NCBI GenBank assembly: GCA_002692425.1
Contig: NZKB01000009.1
Location: 1-43,797, forward strand
Direction: 5' to 3'
Length of the DNA stretch: 43,797 nucleotides
DNA from: Gammaproteobacteria bacterium
Lineage (GTDB): Bacteria; Pseudomonadota; Gammaproteobacteria; Magnimaribacterales; TMED112
Shown piece by piece: positions 18,288 through 28,260 of the stretch. The position numbers and the translations under genes were made by a program. Below the pieces are notes generated by a model. It did not search any database. It saw only the letters and a program-made list of their open reading frames with translations, and was not told the origin of the DNA. Position 1 is the first letter of the stretch, and the number at the start of each line of letters is the position of its first letter.

Positions 18288-19177
18288 TGAATAAAGAAAA
18301 ATATTTTCTTGAAAAGTACTTAAAACCTTGTGCTGATGTGAATGAGCAATTTCCCCTCGAGATTGGGGATGATTGTGCCATTATTTCCTCATCGGAGGAT
18401 CTGTTAATATCTTCTGATAATTCCGTTATTAATGTTCATTTTCCAAGTACTCTTGACCCTTATTTTATTGCTTATCGAGCATTAGCAGTTGCAGCATCAG
18501 ATATTATTGCAATGGGCGCTTACCCAGACGGATATTTACTTAATATCACAATTCCAGAACCTTCAGATGAATGGTTTAAACAATTTTCAAATGGTATTAG
18601 TGATTTCAATGATGACTTTGGCACTAATCTAATCGGTGGAGATTTAACAAAAGGGCAATTAAATATTTCTGTCACAGTTTTTGGTAAAAAGTCCAAAAAA
18701 ATTATCAAACGTAATGGTGCTAAAGTTGATGACGATATTTATATATCAAATAAACTAGGACTTGGAAAAAAAGGGTTTGAGCTTTATAACAAACAAATCC
18801 TAGATTTACCAAATCAGTACCTCAAACCAAAATTACTTTCAAAAGAATGTATTGAAGCAATAAATCCATTTCTTAATTCTGCTATTGATGTTTCTGATGG
18901 CTTACTTTTAGATTTAAATAGAATTTGTGACCAATCCCAAAAGGGTGCAGTTCTAACAATTCACGACGATGTATGCATCAATTCGATTGATGATGTCGTT
19001 GCAGGTGATGATTATGTTTTGCTTTTCACATGTGCTGCAAAACATAGCAAAGCTATAAGGAAAATTTTGCCTAACTCAATAAGGTTAGGAAACATCACTG
19101 AAGAAAAAGAAATTTTAGTGACAGATAAGGAAGGCAAAAATATGAATTTTGAAAAGCTAGGCTGGGATTCTTTTTAA
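18287..19177 (+). CDS. thiL: Thiamine-monophosphate kinase
   Basis: The motif EIGDDCAII and the N-terminus parallel E. coli ThiL (GIGDDCALL), within an AIR-synthase-like architecture. The GTG start shares one base with the thiolase TAG (TAGTG). Confidence 0.85.
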   Translation: MNKEKYFLEKYLKPCADVNEQFPLEIGDDCAIISSSEDLLISSDNSVINVHFPSTLDPYFIAYRALAVAASDIIAMGAYPDGYLLNITIPEPSDEWFKQFSNGISDFNDDFGTNLIGGDLTKGQLNISVTVFGKKSKKIIKRNGAKVDDDIYISNKLGLGKKGFELYNKQILDLPNQYLKPKLLSKECIEAINPFLNSAIDVSDGLLLDLNRICDQSQKGAVLTIHDDVCINSIDDVVAGDDYVLLFTCAAKHSKAIRKILPNSIRLGNITEEKEILVTDKEGKNMNFEKLGWDSF

Positions 19178-21030
19178 AAATTAGAAATTTGTTCTTTGAT
19201 GGAATCAATATCCAAACCATTGAGTTCCAGAATTTCATTTCTGCTTCCATGTTCAGGAAAAACATCGTCCAGACCAAGGTTTAATACAGGTACAGTAATC
19301 TTTTTACTTAAAAGGTATTCATTGACTGCGCTACCACAACCACCTTTAGTGGTGTGATCTTCAAGCGTTACTATTTTTGAATATTCTTTACAGATTTCAT
19401 CGATCAGTTTTTCATCCAGTGGTTTTACAAATCGCATATCGCATAAACCATAATTCTCTTCCTGAACAATCTCTAAAGCTCGATCTATGAGCACCCCGAA
19501 GTTTAGAATGCATACATCTTGACCCTCATTAATTTTTTTCCCTTTACCAATTTCCACTGTTGATAACTCTTTATGCACTTGAGCACCACAGCCACTACCT
19601 CTTGGGTACCTTACTGCAGCTGGACCTGAGTATTCAAAACACGTATTGAGCAGGATTCTTGTCTCATCTTCATCCGAGGGTGTGGCAATTACTAAATTGG
19701 GAATACATCGCATGAAGCTTATATCAAAACTGCCAGAATGAGTAGGACCATCTTCACCTACAATGCCTGCTCTATCTAAGGCAAACGTAACATCAATATT
19801 TTCCAAACATACATCATGGATGAGTTGATCATAAGCTCTTTGTAAAAAAGTTGAGTATATTGCAACCACTGGCTTCATGCCGCCCAAGGCTAAACCTGCT
19901 CCAAATGTCACTGCATGTTGCTCTGCGATTGCAACATCATAGAATCTATCAGGATACTGCTTTTCGAAATTCACCATACCGGAACCTTCTGTCATAGCAG
20001 GAGTAATAGCAACTAATTTTTTTTCTACCTCAGCTTTATCACAAAGCCAATCACCAAAAATATCTTGAAATTTTATTTGCGGTTTAGAAGGACTTTTCTC
20101 AATTTTTGAAATTGCGTGGAATTTAATTCTTTCATTCTCGGCTGGTTCAAACCCTGCACCTTTTTTGGTAATAATATGAAGCAAATAAGGTTCTGACTTT
20201 TCTTTCATTCTCTCAAGAGTCTTAACTAACAATTTCACATCGTGACCATCAATTGGTCCTATGTAGTGCATGCCAAGATCCTCAAATAAATTTCCAGGCA
20301 TTACAGCTGATTTCAGACCATCTTTAAGAGATCGAGAAATATGCAATCCAAAAGGTAAATTCTTAAGAACTTTTTTTCCGCTTGATTTTAGTTTCTTATA
20401 ACTTTTAGAGGCCCATACTTTTGCTAAATAATCTGATAAACCTCCTTTATTCTTAGAAATAGACATATCGTTATCATTCAAAATAATATTAATGTCTCGT
20501 CCAAGATGACCAGCGTGCATAAGGCCTTCAAAAGCAAGGCCAGCTGTCATTGCACCATCGCCAATAACGGAAAAGATGGTTTTAGTCCCTTTCAATAATT
20601 GATTTGCCTCATTCATGCCTAGAGATGCACTAATTGATGTGCTTGAATGCCCAACACTCATCGCATCATATTCAGATTCTGCAATTGAAGGAAATGCTGC
20701 CAGACCATCTAATTGCCTTATTTTATGTATTTTATCTTTTCTACCTGTAAGTATTTTATGAGGATAAGCTTGGTGCCCAGTGTCCCACACGATTTTGTCA
20801 TTCGGTAAATCCAAAACATAATGTAATGCAATAGTCAGTTCAATAGCACCCAAACCAGCACCAAAGTGGCCTCCGGACTGGCTTACCGAATAAAGCAAGA
20901 ATTCTCTTAATTCGTCGGCTAAAGTTTCAAGCTCATTTAAATCTAATTGCTTTAAATCAGCAGGCAAATTGACCTTATCAAGTAAAATGTTCTCTGGTTT
21001 ATCCTTGGGAAATTCTTTAAAAATTTTCAT
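19174..21030 (-). CDS. dxs: 1-deoxy-D-xylulose-5-phosphate synthase
   Basis: 618 aa with GGHFGAGLGAIELT, WDTGHQAYPHK and the IGDGAMTAG TPP motif. It sits in the conserved xseB-ispA-dxs order. Confidence 0.97.
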   Translation of the reverse strand: MKIFKEFPKDKPENILLDKVNLPADLKQLDLNELETLADELREFLLYSVSQSGGHFGAGLGAIELTIALHYVLDLPNDKIVWDTGHQAYPHKILTGRKDKIHKIRQLDGLAAFPSIAESEYDAMSVGHSSTSISASLGMNEANQLLKGTKTIFSVIGDGAMTAGLAFEGLMHAGHLGRDINIILNDNDMSISKNKGGLSDYLAKVWASKSYKKLKSSGKKVLKNLPFGLHISRSLKDGLKSAVMPGNLFEDLGMHYIGPIDGHDVKLLVKTLERMKEKSEPYLLHIITKKGAGFEPAENERIKFHAISKIEKSPSKPQIKFQDIFGDWLCDKAEVEKKLVAITPAMTEGSGMVNFEKQYPDRFYDVAIAEQHAVTFGAGLALGGMKPVVAIYSTFLQRAYDQLIHDVCLENIDVTFALDRAGIVGEDGPTHSGSFDISFMRCIPNLVIATPSDEDETRILLNTCFEYSGPAAVRYPRGSGCGAQVHKELSTVEIGKGKKINEGQDVCILNFGVLIDRALEIVQEENYGLCDMRFVKPLDEKLIDEICKEYSKIVTLEDHTTKGGCGSAVNEYLLSKKITVPVLNLGLDDVFPEHGSRNEILELNGLDIDSIKEQISNF

Positions 21031-21905
21031 TAACTTCTTCTATTAAATAAGCTTTCAATATAAATCATCAATGGATGATTATTTAAACTTAATTTTGATA
21101 ATGATTCCATTGTTTCATGATGATATTTTTTAACTTCATTTATAGTTTTTGCTCGACCTAATATTAAAGGAAGATTTTTTTTATTTTTAGCATGATCTTT
21201 CTTAGTTGCTTTACCTAAACTTTCCTCTGATTCTTCTAAATCCAGTAAGTCATCGATTAGTTGAAAAGATATACCAACATTTCTTGCAATTTTATTCCAC
21301 TTGTTCTGTGACTTATTGGCAATCATTAAAGGTGCTAAAATGCAAAATTCGATGAGTAAACCTGTTTTTAGATAATTCATTTGAATTATTTGCTCTTTAT
21401 CAGCAGATTCTTGTTCAAAATTAATATCCAGTGCTTGTCCAAGTATCATGCCCTCGTAGCCTATTTTTTCCATCAAAAGCTTTGTTATTGAAACTTTAAG
21501 CTCGTTTGATAATTTATCATCCTCAAGAATTATCTGTATTGCTAATGATTGCATGGCATCACCAGCCAATACAGCAGTTGCTTCCGAGTACTTTTTGTGT
21601 AAAGTTGGTTGACCTCGTCTAAGATCATCATCATCCATACAAGGCAAGTCATCATGAATCAAGGAGTAAGTGTGTATAATTTCTGTTGCTAACGCTAGTG
21701 AATCTAAATTTTCTAAAGCAACATTATAAAAATCACCCACCAGGTAAATCAGCATTGGTCTTACTCGTTTTCCAGGAGCTGAAAGTGCAAACTTGATTGC
21801 TTCTCCAATTTGATTATTTGAATTTAATTTAGAATTTAGGTATGTATTTATTCTGTTTTGAAGCTCTACTTCAAAGTTACCCAGACTAAGATTCGTCACT
21901 TTCAA
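21030..21905 (-). CDS. ispA: (2E,6E)-farnesyl diphosphate synthase
   Basis: Both Asp-rich motifs are present: the first is [17 protein letters not shown] and the second is FQLIDDLLD. The start is uncertain (TTG at 21905 or GTG at 21899); either overlaps the xseB 3' end. Confidence 0.92.
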   Translation of the reverse strand: MKVTNLSLGNFEVELQNRINTYLNSKLNSNNQIGEAIKFALSAPGKRVRPMLIYLVGDFYNVALENLDSLALATEIIHTYSLIHDDLPCMDDDDLRRGQPTLHKKYSEATAVLAGDAMQSLAIQIILEDDKLSNELKVSITKLLMEKIGYEGMILGQALDINFEQESADKEQIIQMNYLKTGLLIEFCILAPLMIANKSQNKWNKIARNVGISFQLIDDLLDLEESEESLGKATKKDHAKNKKNLPLILGRAKTINEVKKYHHETMESLSKLSLNNHPLMIYIESLFNRRS

Positions 21906-22098
21906 AAGGTTTTGTTTCGCCGTCTTCAGTTAACTCTTTTATTTTGTTTTCAGCTGATTCAAGCTCTTTCTGACAAACCTTTATTAACGATATGCCTTTT
22001 TCAAAACTTTTCAATGACTCATCCAAGCTGGGCTCACCATCTTCGAGAGCTTTAACAATTTTTTCAAGTTCTTTTATGGATTCTTCAAATTTAGCCAT
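21886..22098 (-). CDS. xseB: Exodeoxyribonuclease VII small subunit
   Basis: 70 aa with [26 protein letters not shown]. It occupies the canonical position upstream of ispA-dxs. Confidence 0.9.
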   Translation of the reverse strand: MAKFEESIKELEKIVKALEDGEPSLDESLKSFEKGISLIKVCQKELESAENKIKELTEDGETKPFESDES

Positions 22099-22119
22099 TA
22101 TAAAATTCTACTTAAGTTT

Positions 22120-25100
22120 TTAACTTTTAAAAAGTGTGCCAATCTTGCTGGCTATTGATGTAACAAAATTTCTTGCACTCATTCTATACTCTTTAAGGTT
22201 TTCAAGAATCATAAGGAATGATGGTGTTACGAACAATGTGATAATAGTACTAAAACCCAAGCCCCAACAAATACTTATCCCAAACACTTGATACCATTTG
22301 ACTGTTGATGTTCCCTCATAAATAGCTCTATTTATTACATCGATACTATAGCCAAATGATAAAAACATTAGTCCGAAAATAGTTGTAATAGTTGTTAAAA
22401 GTACTGGTCTTAGCCTACTCATACAAGTTTCAGAAATTAATTCTGTTGCTGGCTTATCTGGAAAATCTAATTTCAGTTTGTTAAATGTATCGATCAGCAC
22501 AATGTTGTTATTAACTACTATACCTGCCAGGCCAACAAGTGCAGTCCCAGTCATAATAGTTGACGGTTCTGACCCTGTCACAGTTAAACCTAAAAATACC
22601 CCTGCCGTTGAAAATAAAACTGATAAAAGAATGACTATAGGTTGAGAAATACTATTAAATTGCGTTACCAGAATAATGAACATTAAAAATAAAGCTCCGT
22701 AAAATGCTTGAATTAGAAAATCGGTTGCCTCTGCTCCTCTTTCGGTTAGTCCACCAAATGTTACATCCATTCTTGGATCATTAAAATTAGTCTCATTCAT
22801 CCATTCTTGGATTTTATTGATCTCGCCATTTAAATTAAAACCAGGTACATTTGTGGCATTAATTTCGTAGAAGAACTGGCCATCTTTTCTCACAAGACTT
22901 GCTGCATTGGGACGCGCCTCAACATCTACAAAGCTTGAAACAGGTACTGCACCATTTCTGGAATTAACGGTTATATTTTCTAAATTGGATAATGTTCTTT
23001 TTTCTTTGGCAAATCTTGCTCGTATGTCAATTTCTTCTTTTGAATCGTCTGGTCTGTACTCGCCCAACATTATGCCTGTCGTGACCATTTGAATAGTTGA
23101 TCCTATATCCAATAAGCTGATACCTGATTGAAATGCTCTTTCCTTATCAACATCAACTTTCCACTCAATTTTATATTTTGGAAGTGTGTCATTAATACCA
23201 GTTAGACCTTCAATATTTTGATCTATATAATTTCTAAGCTCACGTGTTTTCCTCTCTATCAGACCCAAGTCTTCACTCATTAATTGTATTTCAACTGGAG
23301 CGGTAAATTGTCCTGGTCCTTCTTGAACTTCTCTTATACTTAGTTTGTACCCTGATATATTTGAAACAGCTTCTCTCAAAAGTGATAGCACCTCAAAGCC
23401 TGTTATATCAAGTTCTTTTGGATCTTCGAGAACTATGTAACCTCTACCAACTCCGTCACCACTTCCGCCTCCACCAGATACACTAATATTTAAATCTTCA
23501 ACTCCTTTTACGGAAATTAATTTTTGTTCAGCATCTATAGCAAAATCCCTAGCTTCATAAGGCGATAAATTTCCTCTCGCTTGAATATCTGCTTCGATTA
23601 ACCACGGTTCAACAGATGGGAAATAAACAAACTGTTTGCCGTAATTTGGTACGATGTTCCCTAAAATCAAAAACATTGTTAAAAAGGTATAGGCAACTGA
23701 TTCAACTGGGTTCTTAACCGCAAAATTAATCGCTTTTCCATATGTTTTTTTCAAAGCCGTATTCTCACTGTCGTTATTTAAATCATTTGCCTTTTTTCTT
23801 CTGCCTAACAAAGATCCAATGACAGGCGCAAAAATTAATGCATATGCTAATGAAGCTGCCAATATAACGAAAACAGTTACAGGCAAGTAGCGCATGAATT
23901 TGCCTGATATTCCTGGCCAAATCATCAGTGGGGAAAAAGCTGCCAAGGTTGTCAATACGGAAGCAAATACTGGTGTAAACATTCGCTCAGCTGCATTTGT
24001 ATACGCCTCTATTCGCGATTGGCCTTTGTCGATTAATTTATCGGCATACTCAACTATTACTATCCCACCATCAATTAGCATTCCCAAACCAAGCAACATC
24101 CCAAACATTACTAGAAAATTAAATTCGTAACCAATGAAGAAATGTAGAATTCCAAAACCTACCAGAAATGAAAAAGGGATAGCAATACCGACAATTAGTC
24201 CATTTCTTAGACCCAGTGTTGCTACAACTAGCACCATGACCAATATCACGGCAGTGATTATATTTCCTTCAAGTTCAGAAACCATATCACCAGCAAATTT
24301 TGTGGTATCTAACCCTGGCTGAATAATTAAATCATCCGGAAATTCTTCCCTAATCTGCTCAACTTCTGATTTCACGGATTGAGCAATATCCAATTCATTG
24401 AAACCGACTCTTTTGGTGATTGAAAGAGAAATTGCATCGAATCCATTGATCCTTGAAAAACTGCTTGGGTCTTTAAATGTTCTTTTAATATCTGCAACGT
24501 CACCCATTTTAACGACTTTGTTTCCATCGGATTTGATTGGAAGGTTAAACACATCTTGTCTTGTCTCAAATATACTTGGAATTTCTACTGCAAATTTTCC
24601 TGAACCAGTATCTTGAAAGCCTGCTGGAATTAAAACGTTATTATTACGTACAGCACTATAGATTTCAGTGAGACTAACACCTAGGCTTTCTAATTTTGCT
24701 TGAGATACTTCAACTTCCAAAAGCTCTTCGGGAACACCACCAATTTCAACACCTAACACGCCAGGAACTTTTTCAAACCTGTCTTGTATCTCTTGGGCAA
24801 CAGCATATCCAGATCTAAGATTTGAAAACCCATATATGCTATAGATCAATATTGGCCAATCATTGTCGGACCTCTCTCTGACAATTGGATCATTAGCTTC
24901 CGGAGGTAGTTGATTTCTTACTTCACCAATAGCCCTTTCAACATCTAGAATTGCTTGGTCCATGTCAAAATCAACGTCATACTGAATGGTTAAATTTGTA
25001 AAACTTTGTGTATTTACTGATCTAACTTGTTCTTGCCCCTCAAGACGTAAGAATCTATTTTCAAGAGGCTTTGCAACAATTCTCGACATATCTTCAGGGG

Positions 25101-25263
25101 AAGCACCCTCTAAAAATACGGAGACGTTTACAAATGGAAATTGAATATTAGGATTAGAGGCAATAGGCATTGCTGCTCTTCCAAACATACCCATAATAAT
25201 TAAGAAAATCATCACAAGAATGGTGGTTCTAAACTTACTTACTGCTGTTTTGACAATACCCAT
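22120..25263 (-). CDS. RND efflux transporter, inner-membrane permease (AcrB/AcrD/AcrF family)
   Basis: 1047 aa. It has the typical N-terminal TM helix followed by a large periplasmic loop, a repeated 6-TM architecture and Gly/Ile/Leu-rich TM blocks. Its ATG overlaps the MFP TAA by 1 nt. Confidence 0.92.
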   Translation of the reverse strand: MGIVKTAVSKFRTTILVMIFLIIMGMFGRAAMPIASNPNIQFPFVNVSVFLEGASPEDMSRIVAKPLENRFLRLEGQEQVRSVNTQSFTNLTIQYDVDFDMDQAILDVERAIGEVRNQLPPEANDPIVRERSDNDWPILIYSIYGFSNLRSGYAVAQEIQDRFEKVPGVLGVEIGGVPEELLEVEVSQAKLESLGVSLTEIYSAVRNNNVLIPAGFQDTGSGKFAVEIPSIFETRQDVFNLPIKSDGNKVVKMGDVADIKRTFKDPSSFSRINGFDAISLSITKRVGFNELDIAQSVKSEVEQIREEFPDDLIIQPGLDTTKFAGDMVSELEGNIITAVILVMVLVVATLGLRNGLIVGIAIPFSFLVGFGILHFFIGYEFNFLVMFGMLLGLGMLIDGGIVIVEYADKLIDKGQSRIEAYTNAAERMFTPVFASVLTTLAAFSPLMIWPGISGKFMRYLPVTVFVILAASLAYALIFAPVIGSLLGRRKKANDLNNDSENTALKKTYGKAINFAVKNPVESVAYTFLTMFLILGNIVPNYGKQFVYFPSVEPWLIEADIQARGNLSPYEARDFAIDAEQKLISVKGVEDLNISVSGGGGSGDGVGRGYIVLEDPKELDITGFEVLSLLREAVSNISGYKLSIREVQEGPGQFTAPVEIQLMSEDLGLIERKTRELRNYIDQNIEGLTGINDTLPKYKIEWKVDVDKERAFQSGISLLDIGSTIQMVTTGIMLGEYRPDDSKEEIDIRARFAKEKRTLSNLENITVNSRNGAVPVSSFVDVEARPNAASLVRKDGQFFYEINATNVPGFNLNGEINKIQEWMNETNFNDPRMDVTFGGLTERGAEATDFLIQAFYGALFLMFIILVTQFNSISQPIVILLSVLFSTAGVFLGLTVTGSEPSTIMTGTALVGLAGIVVNNNIVLIDTFNKLKLDFPDKPATELISETCMSRLRPVLLTTITTIFGLMFLSFGYSIDVINRAIYEGTSTVKWYQVFGISICWGLGFSTIITLFVTPSFLMILENLKEYRMSARNFVTSIASKIGTLFKS

Positions 25264-26261
25264 TATCTATATTTTGAAATTACTTCGTCACCATCTTTGA
25301 CAAATCCTTGCCCACCAATAATGACATTTGTTTCATCAGGTATGCCGGTTATCCATGCGCCTTGAACAGTATCAATTAGTATTTGTACATTTTTGATCTT
25401 CACCACATCATTTATAACTGTAGCAAGTGCTATATTGCCTTGGTCACCGAGTAAAAAAGCCGAGGTTGGTATGAAATGTGCCTTAACTGGCTCAGTATAA
25501 ATCACCAGCTCGCCAGTCAACCCGTCTTTGATATTTAAATCTGTATTATCCAACTCAGCTTCAACTTTAAATGTTCTTGTGCCTGTGTCTGCAGCAGAAC
25601 TAATGAATGAAACCTTGGTATTATATTTTTCACCTGAAATAAAATTGATCTCTGCATCTAATCCAGTTTTAATTTTTGCCACCATCATTTCAGATACATT
25701 TCCAACAATTTTCAGTGGTGTCAAAGAAATTATTGAAGCACAGCTTTGTCCATTCTGAAGAAGTTGGCCTTGTTTTGCTAAATTTTCCACAAATCCATCA
25801 AATGGGGCTTTAATTTCAGTTCTTTCTAACTCTATTTTTGCACTTTCATATTGGGTTTCTGCTGTAACTAAGGCTGATTCTGAGATTAACCCTTTTTTGT
25901 TCAATTCAACTGAAGAATCATAATCAATTTTACTTTTCTTAAAATTAGCTTCTCTTTGACCTGAGTCTAGTTTACAAATCACGTCATTCTTTTTGGCGTA
26001 ATCACCATCAACAAAACCAATTTTGAGAACTTTTTCAGACGTTTGAGATCTGACATCTACTTTTGAAAAAGCTTGTGACTCAGCTTTTACAGTGACGGGC
26101 AGTTTATAGTCAACGGCTTTTGAACTGTTTACAAGTACAATTTCTTTTGTTGTTGGTGCTACATATTCTTCAGGCTCTGTTTGTGCAAAATAACCTGAAA
26201 TCATCCATATCACAGTGAAAAGAAGTATTACACCTGAAGCTCTTAAATTTTTCTTGTTCAT
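25263..26261 (-). CDS. RND efflux periplasmic adaptor (membrane fusion protein, HlyD_D23-like)
   Basis: 332 aa. It has an N-terminal anchor (GVILLFTVIWMISGYF), a lipoyl-like half, a short coiled-coil hairpin, EIKAPFDGFV and a beta-barrel domain. It is paired with the RND permease. Confidence 0.88.
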   Translation of the reverse strand: MNKKNLRASGVILLFTVIWMISGYFAQTEPEEYVAPTTKEIVLVNSSKAVDYKLPVTVKAESQAFSKVDVRSQTSEKVLKIGFVDGDYAKKNDVICKLDSGQREANFKKSKIDYDSSVELNKKGLISESALVTAETQYESAKIELERTEIKAPFDGFVENLAKQGQLLQNGQSCASIISLTPLKIVGNVSEMMVAKIKTGLDAEINFISGEKYNTKVSFISSAADTGTRTFKVEAELDNTDLNIKDGLTGELVIYTEPVKAHFIPTSAFLLGDQGNIALATVINDVVKIKNVQILIDTVQGAWITGIPDETNVIIGGQGFVKDGDEVISKYR

Positions 26262-27068
26262 TTAAATTTTATATTTTTCTCTCAAACTGGTTAAAGTATC
26301 GCTATTACTTTTGTCTGGTGATCCTACAGTCTCCTTATAAGGATCAAAAAAGTCAAATTCTTCTTTATGTCCTTTGGATGAATCTTCAACATTAAAATTC
26401 CATTTTTTCTTTATGAAATCCAAAAATTTAATGTCCCAAGATGTAAAAGCTCTACCGTCTTCTTTCCAGTAAAGTATGAACTCTGGTAAGTATTTTTCTA
26501 CAAATCCAATTTCAATGCCTGTCATCTTAATGATATCCATGCAATCATCAGATGGTTTCCAAGAATTATCAATTACAACTGGAGATTTTTTAGTATCTAC
26601 TTCAGCGTTATGTTGCGCCCATTTTAATCTAGCATGTTCAATAAATTTTGAATTATATGAAATTAAAACATCTGGTCTTTCAGTCCAATAAATTACAAAT
26701 TCTGGAATAAGTTCTTTTATAAACGATTCTTCCATACCTGACCGTACTAATATCTCACACACCTCATCTGAAGGACTCCAATCTGAAACTATATTTGATC
26801 TTTTTATTTTCTTAGGAGTTTGAAGTTTTGTTTTTGGTTTACCTTTTCTGAGTGACACTATCTTTTTTTCTGTATCCAGTTCAATTAGACCCTTTACATT
26901 AAGATCAATTAAAAAACCCATTAACTCGTTCTCATCCCAAAAATTTAATTCTTTCAGCAGAGATTCAATTTTGCATTTTTGTAAATCTGTATTTGTTATG
27001 TATTCCAACAATACTGCATTGTTGAGACCTAATGTTTCTGCGACCTCTCGTTTAAATTTTAATTCCAT
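26262..27068 (-). CDS. Hypothetical protein: N-terminal winged-helix-like region, Lys-rich linker, two tandem DnaT-like (ssDNA-binding) domains
   Basis: Residues 95-154 and 168-226 are homologous to each other. Each has the pattern W-x-P-S-D ... G ... F ... PEF(V/I)xYW ... (Y/W)xxKF ... KW. I recognise this pattern from the E. coli DnaT C-terminal domain (DWQPDADF...FIAYWQAEGK...WQQKL). The stop abuts the MFP start with no gap. Confidence 0.6.
   Translation of the reverse strand: MELKFKREVAETLGLNNAVLLEYITNTDLQKCKIESLLKELNFWDENELMGFLIDLNVKGLIELDTEKKIVSLRKGKPKTKLQTPKKIKRSNIVSDWSPSDEVCEILVRSGMEESFIKELIPEFVIYWTERPDVLISYNSKFIEHARLKWAQHNAEVDTKKSPVVIDNSWKPSDDCMDIIKMTGIEIGFVEKYLPEFILYWKEDGRAFTSWDIKFLDFIKKKWNFNVEDSSKGHKEEFDFFDPYKETVGSPDKSNSDTLTSLREKYKI
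26391..26567 (-). repeat. DnaT-like domain copy 2 (protein-level internal repeat)
   Basis: The sequence is NSWKPSDDCMDIIKMTGIEIGFVEKYLPEFILYWKEDGRAFTSWDIKFLDFIKKKWNFN. By eye it is roughly one-third identical to copy 1, with no gaps needed. Confidence 0.55.
26607..26786 (-). repeat. DnaT-like domain copy 1 (protein-level internal repeat)
   Basis: The sequence is SDWSPSDEVCEILVRSGMEESFIKELIPEFVIYWTERPDVLISYNSKFIEHARLKWAQHN. Confidence 0.55.
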
Positions 27069-27073
27069 GAATT

Positions 27074-28117
27074 TTACCTTCTTGCTTTGACTGCTTGCGC
27101 TAAGTCATGAAGCAATTTTTTGGTTTCTTCCCAATTTACACATGCATCAGTAATACTTTTGCCATACTCCATATCTTCAGAAATTTTTTGGCTACCTTCT
27201 TTTAAGTGACTTTCAATCATTACACCTATGATATCTTTATTACCGCTGGCAATTTGCTGGCATATTGAAGCAGAAACTTTCTTTTGATTTTCATGGTTTT
27301 TCTGACTATTTCCATGACTAAAATCGACCATAATATTAGCGTTTACCTCATTTTTTTCTAAGGCCGTTCGACAATTTTTAATATCCTCTGGATGGTAATT
27401 TGGTTCTAACCCTCCCCGTAAAATAATATGTGTATCATCATTACCTGATGTTTTAAAAATCGCTACTTTCCCTTTTTTGGTTGTTCCAAGAAAGACATGC
27501 TGATACTGTGCAGATTTGATTGCATCGATTGCAATTTGGATGTCTCCTTTTGTTGAATTTTTGATGCCCATGGGGCATGAAAGCCCTGATGTCAATTCTC
27601 TATGAACCTGACTTTCCGCAGTTCTCGCACCAATTGCTCCCCAGCAAACAAGGTCTGAGACATATTGAGGTGAAATTAAATCTAAAAATTCTGTTCCAGT
27701 TGGCATGCCTAAATCAGCAATATCTTTTAATAATTTTCGTGAAATTCTCAGACCCTCATTAATTTTGAAAGAATTGTCTAACCTTGGATCATTTATTAGG
27801 CCTTTCCAGCCAATTGTAGTTCTCGGTTTTTCGAAATAAACTCTCATAACTACCATAAGTTCATTTTCAACAGAAGAGGAGAAATCCTTCAATAGCCTTG
27901 CGTACTCTAAAGCAGCTTTTGGATCATGTATTGAGCAGGGGCCAACGACCACTATTATCCTATCATCCTGCCTATGTAATACTTGGCTAATACTTCTTCT
28001 TGCCCCAAAAATTAATTTTGAAGATTCCTTATCTAATGGAATTTCATTAGTTATTTCTTCAGGAGTAGAAAGTTCCTCTCTAGAGAGGATTCTACTGTTA
28101 TCAGTTATGTACATCAT
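27074..28117 (-). CDS. 3-deoxy-7-phosphoheptulonate (DAHP) synthase, class I (AroF/AroG/AroH type)
   Basis: 347 aa with RIIVVVGPCSIHD, KPRTTIGWKGLINDP and the C-terminal IGVMIESHL. The feedback specificity (isozyme) cannot be read from the sequence. Confidence 0.93.
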   Translation of the reverse strand: MMYITDNSRILSREELSTPEEITNEIPLDKESSKLIFGARRSISQVLHRQDDRIIVVVGPCSIHDPKAALEYARLLKDFSSSVENELMVVMRVYFEKPRTTIGWKGLINDPRLDNSFKINEGLRISRKLLKDIADLGMPTGTEFLDLISPQYVSDLVCWGAIGARTAESQVHRELTSGLSCPMGIKNSTKGDIQIAIDAIKSAQYQHVFLGTTKKGKVAIFKTSGNDDTHIILRGGLEPNYHPEDIKNCRTALEKNEVNANIMVDFSHGNSQKNHENQKKVSASICQQIASGNKDIIGVMIESHLKEGSQKISEDMEYGKSITDACVNWEETKKLLHDLAQAVKARR

Positions 28118-28260
28118 ATAATTAAAATAGAGCAGTAAATTTTACATCATCAAGGCTCAAGTTTCTCTTTAAAAATCAAACATATGGTAAGAAATATTTT
28201 TTTTATTAATAAACACAATATTTAGTATTTATTTTCTTTTTTATATACAATATCTAGTGT
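28118..28260. promoter_or_regulatory. Divergent promoter region, DAHP synthase string (-) / scpA-scpB-rluB (+)
   Basis: At 143 nt this is the largest non-coding gap in the window. It is very AT-rich with long T and A tracts and is flanked by divergent start codons. No individual promoter elements are assigned with confidence. Confidence 0.5.

Noticed and set aside
18285-18289. thiL is translationally coupled (TAGTG) to a fatty-acid thiolase, which could indicate a functional link.
   Set aside because: In a genome where nearly every junction overlaps, adjacency and coupling carry little functional information. No biochemical connection is known.
28135-28146. A palindrome GTAAA-T-TTTAC(A) lies 18 nt upstream of the DAHP synthase start. 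Its arms look like TyrR-box half sites (TGTAAA / TTTACA).
   Set aside because: TyrR boxes have an N6 spacer and this one has N1. An 11-nt A/T-rich palindrome is easily expected by chance in a 143-nt AT-rich spacer. No tyrR gene lies in the window.
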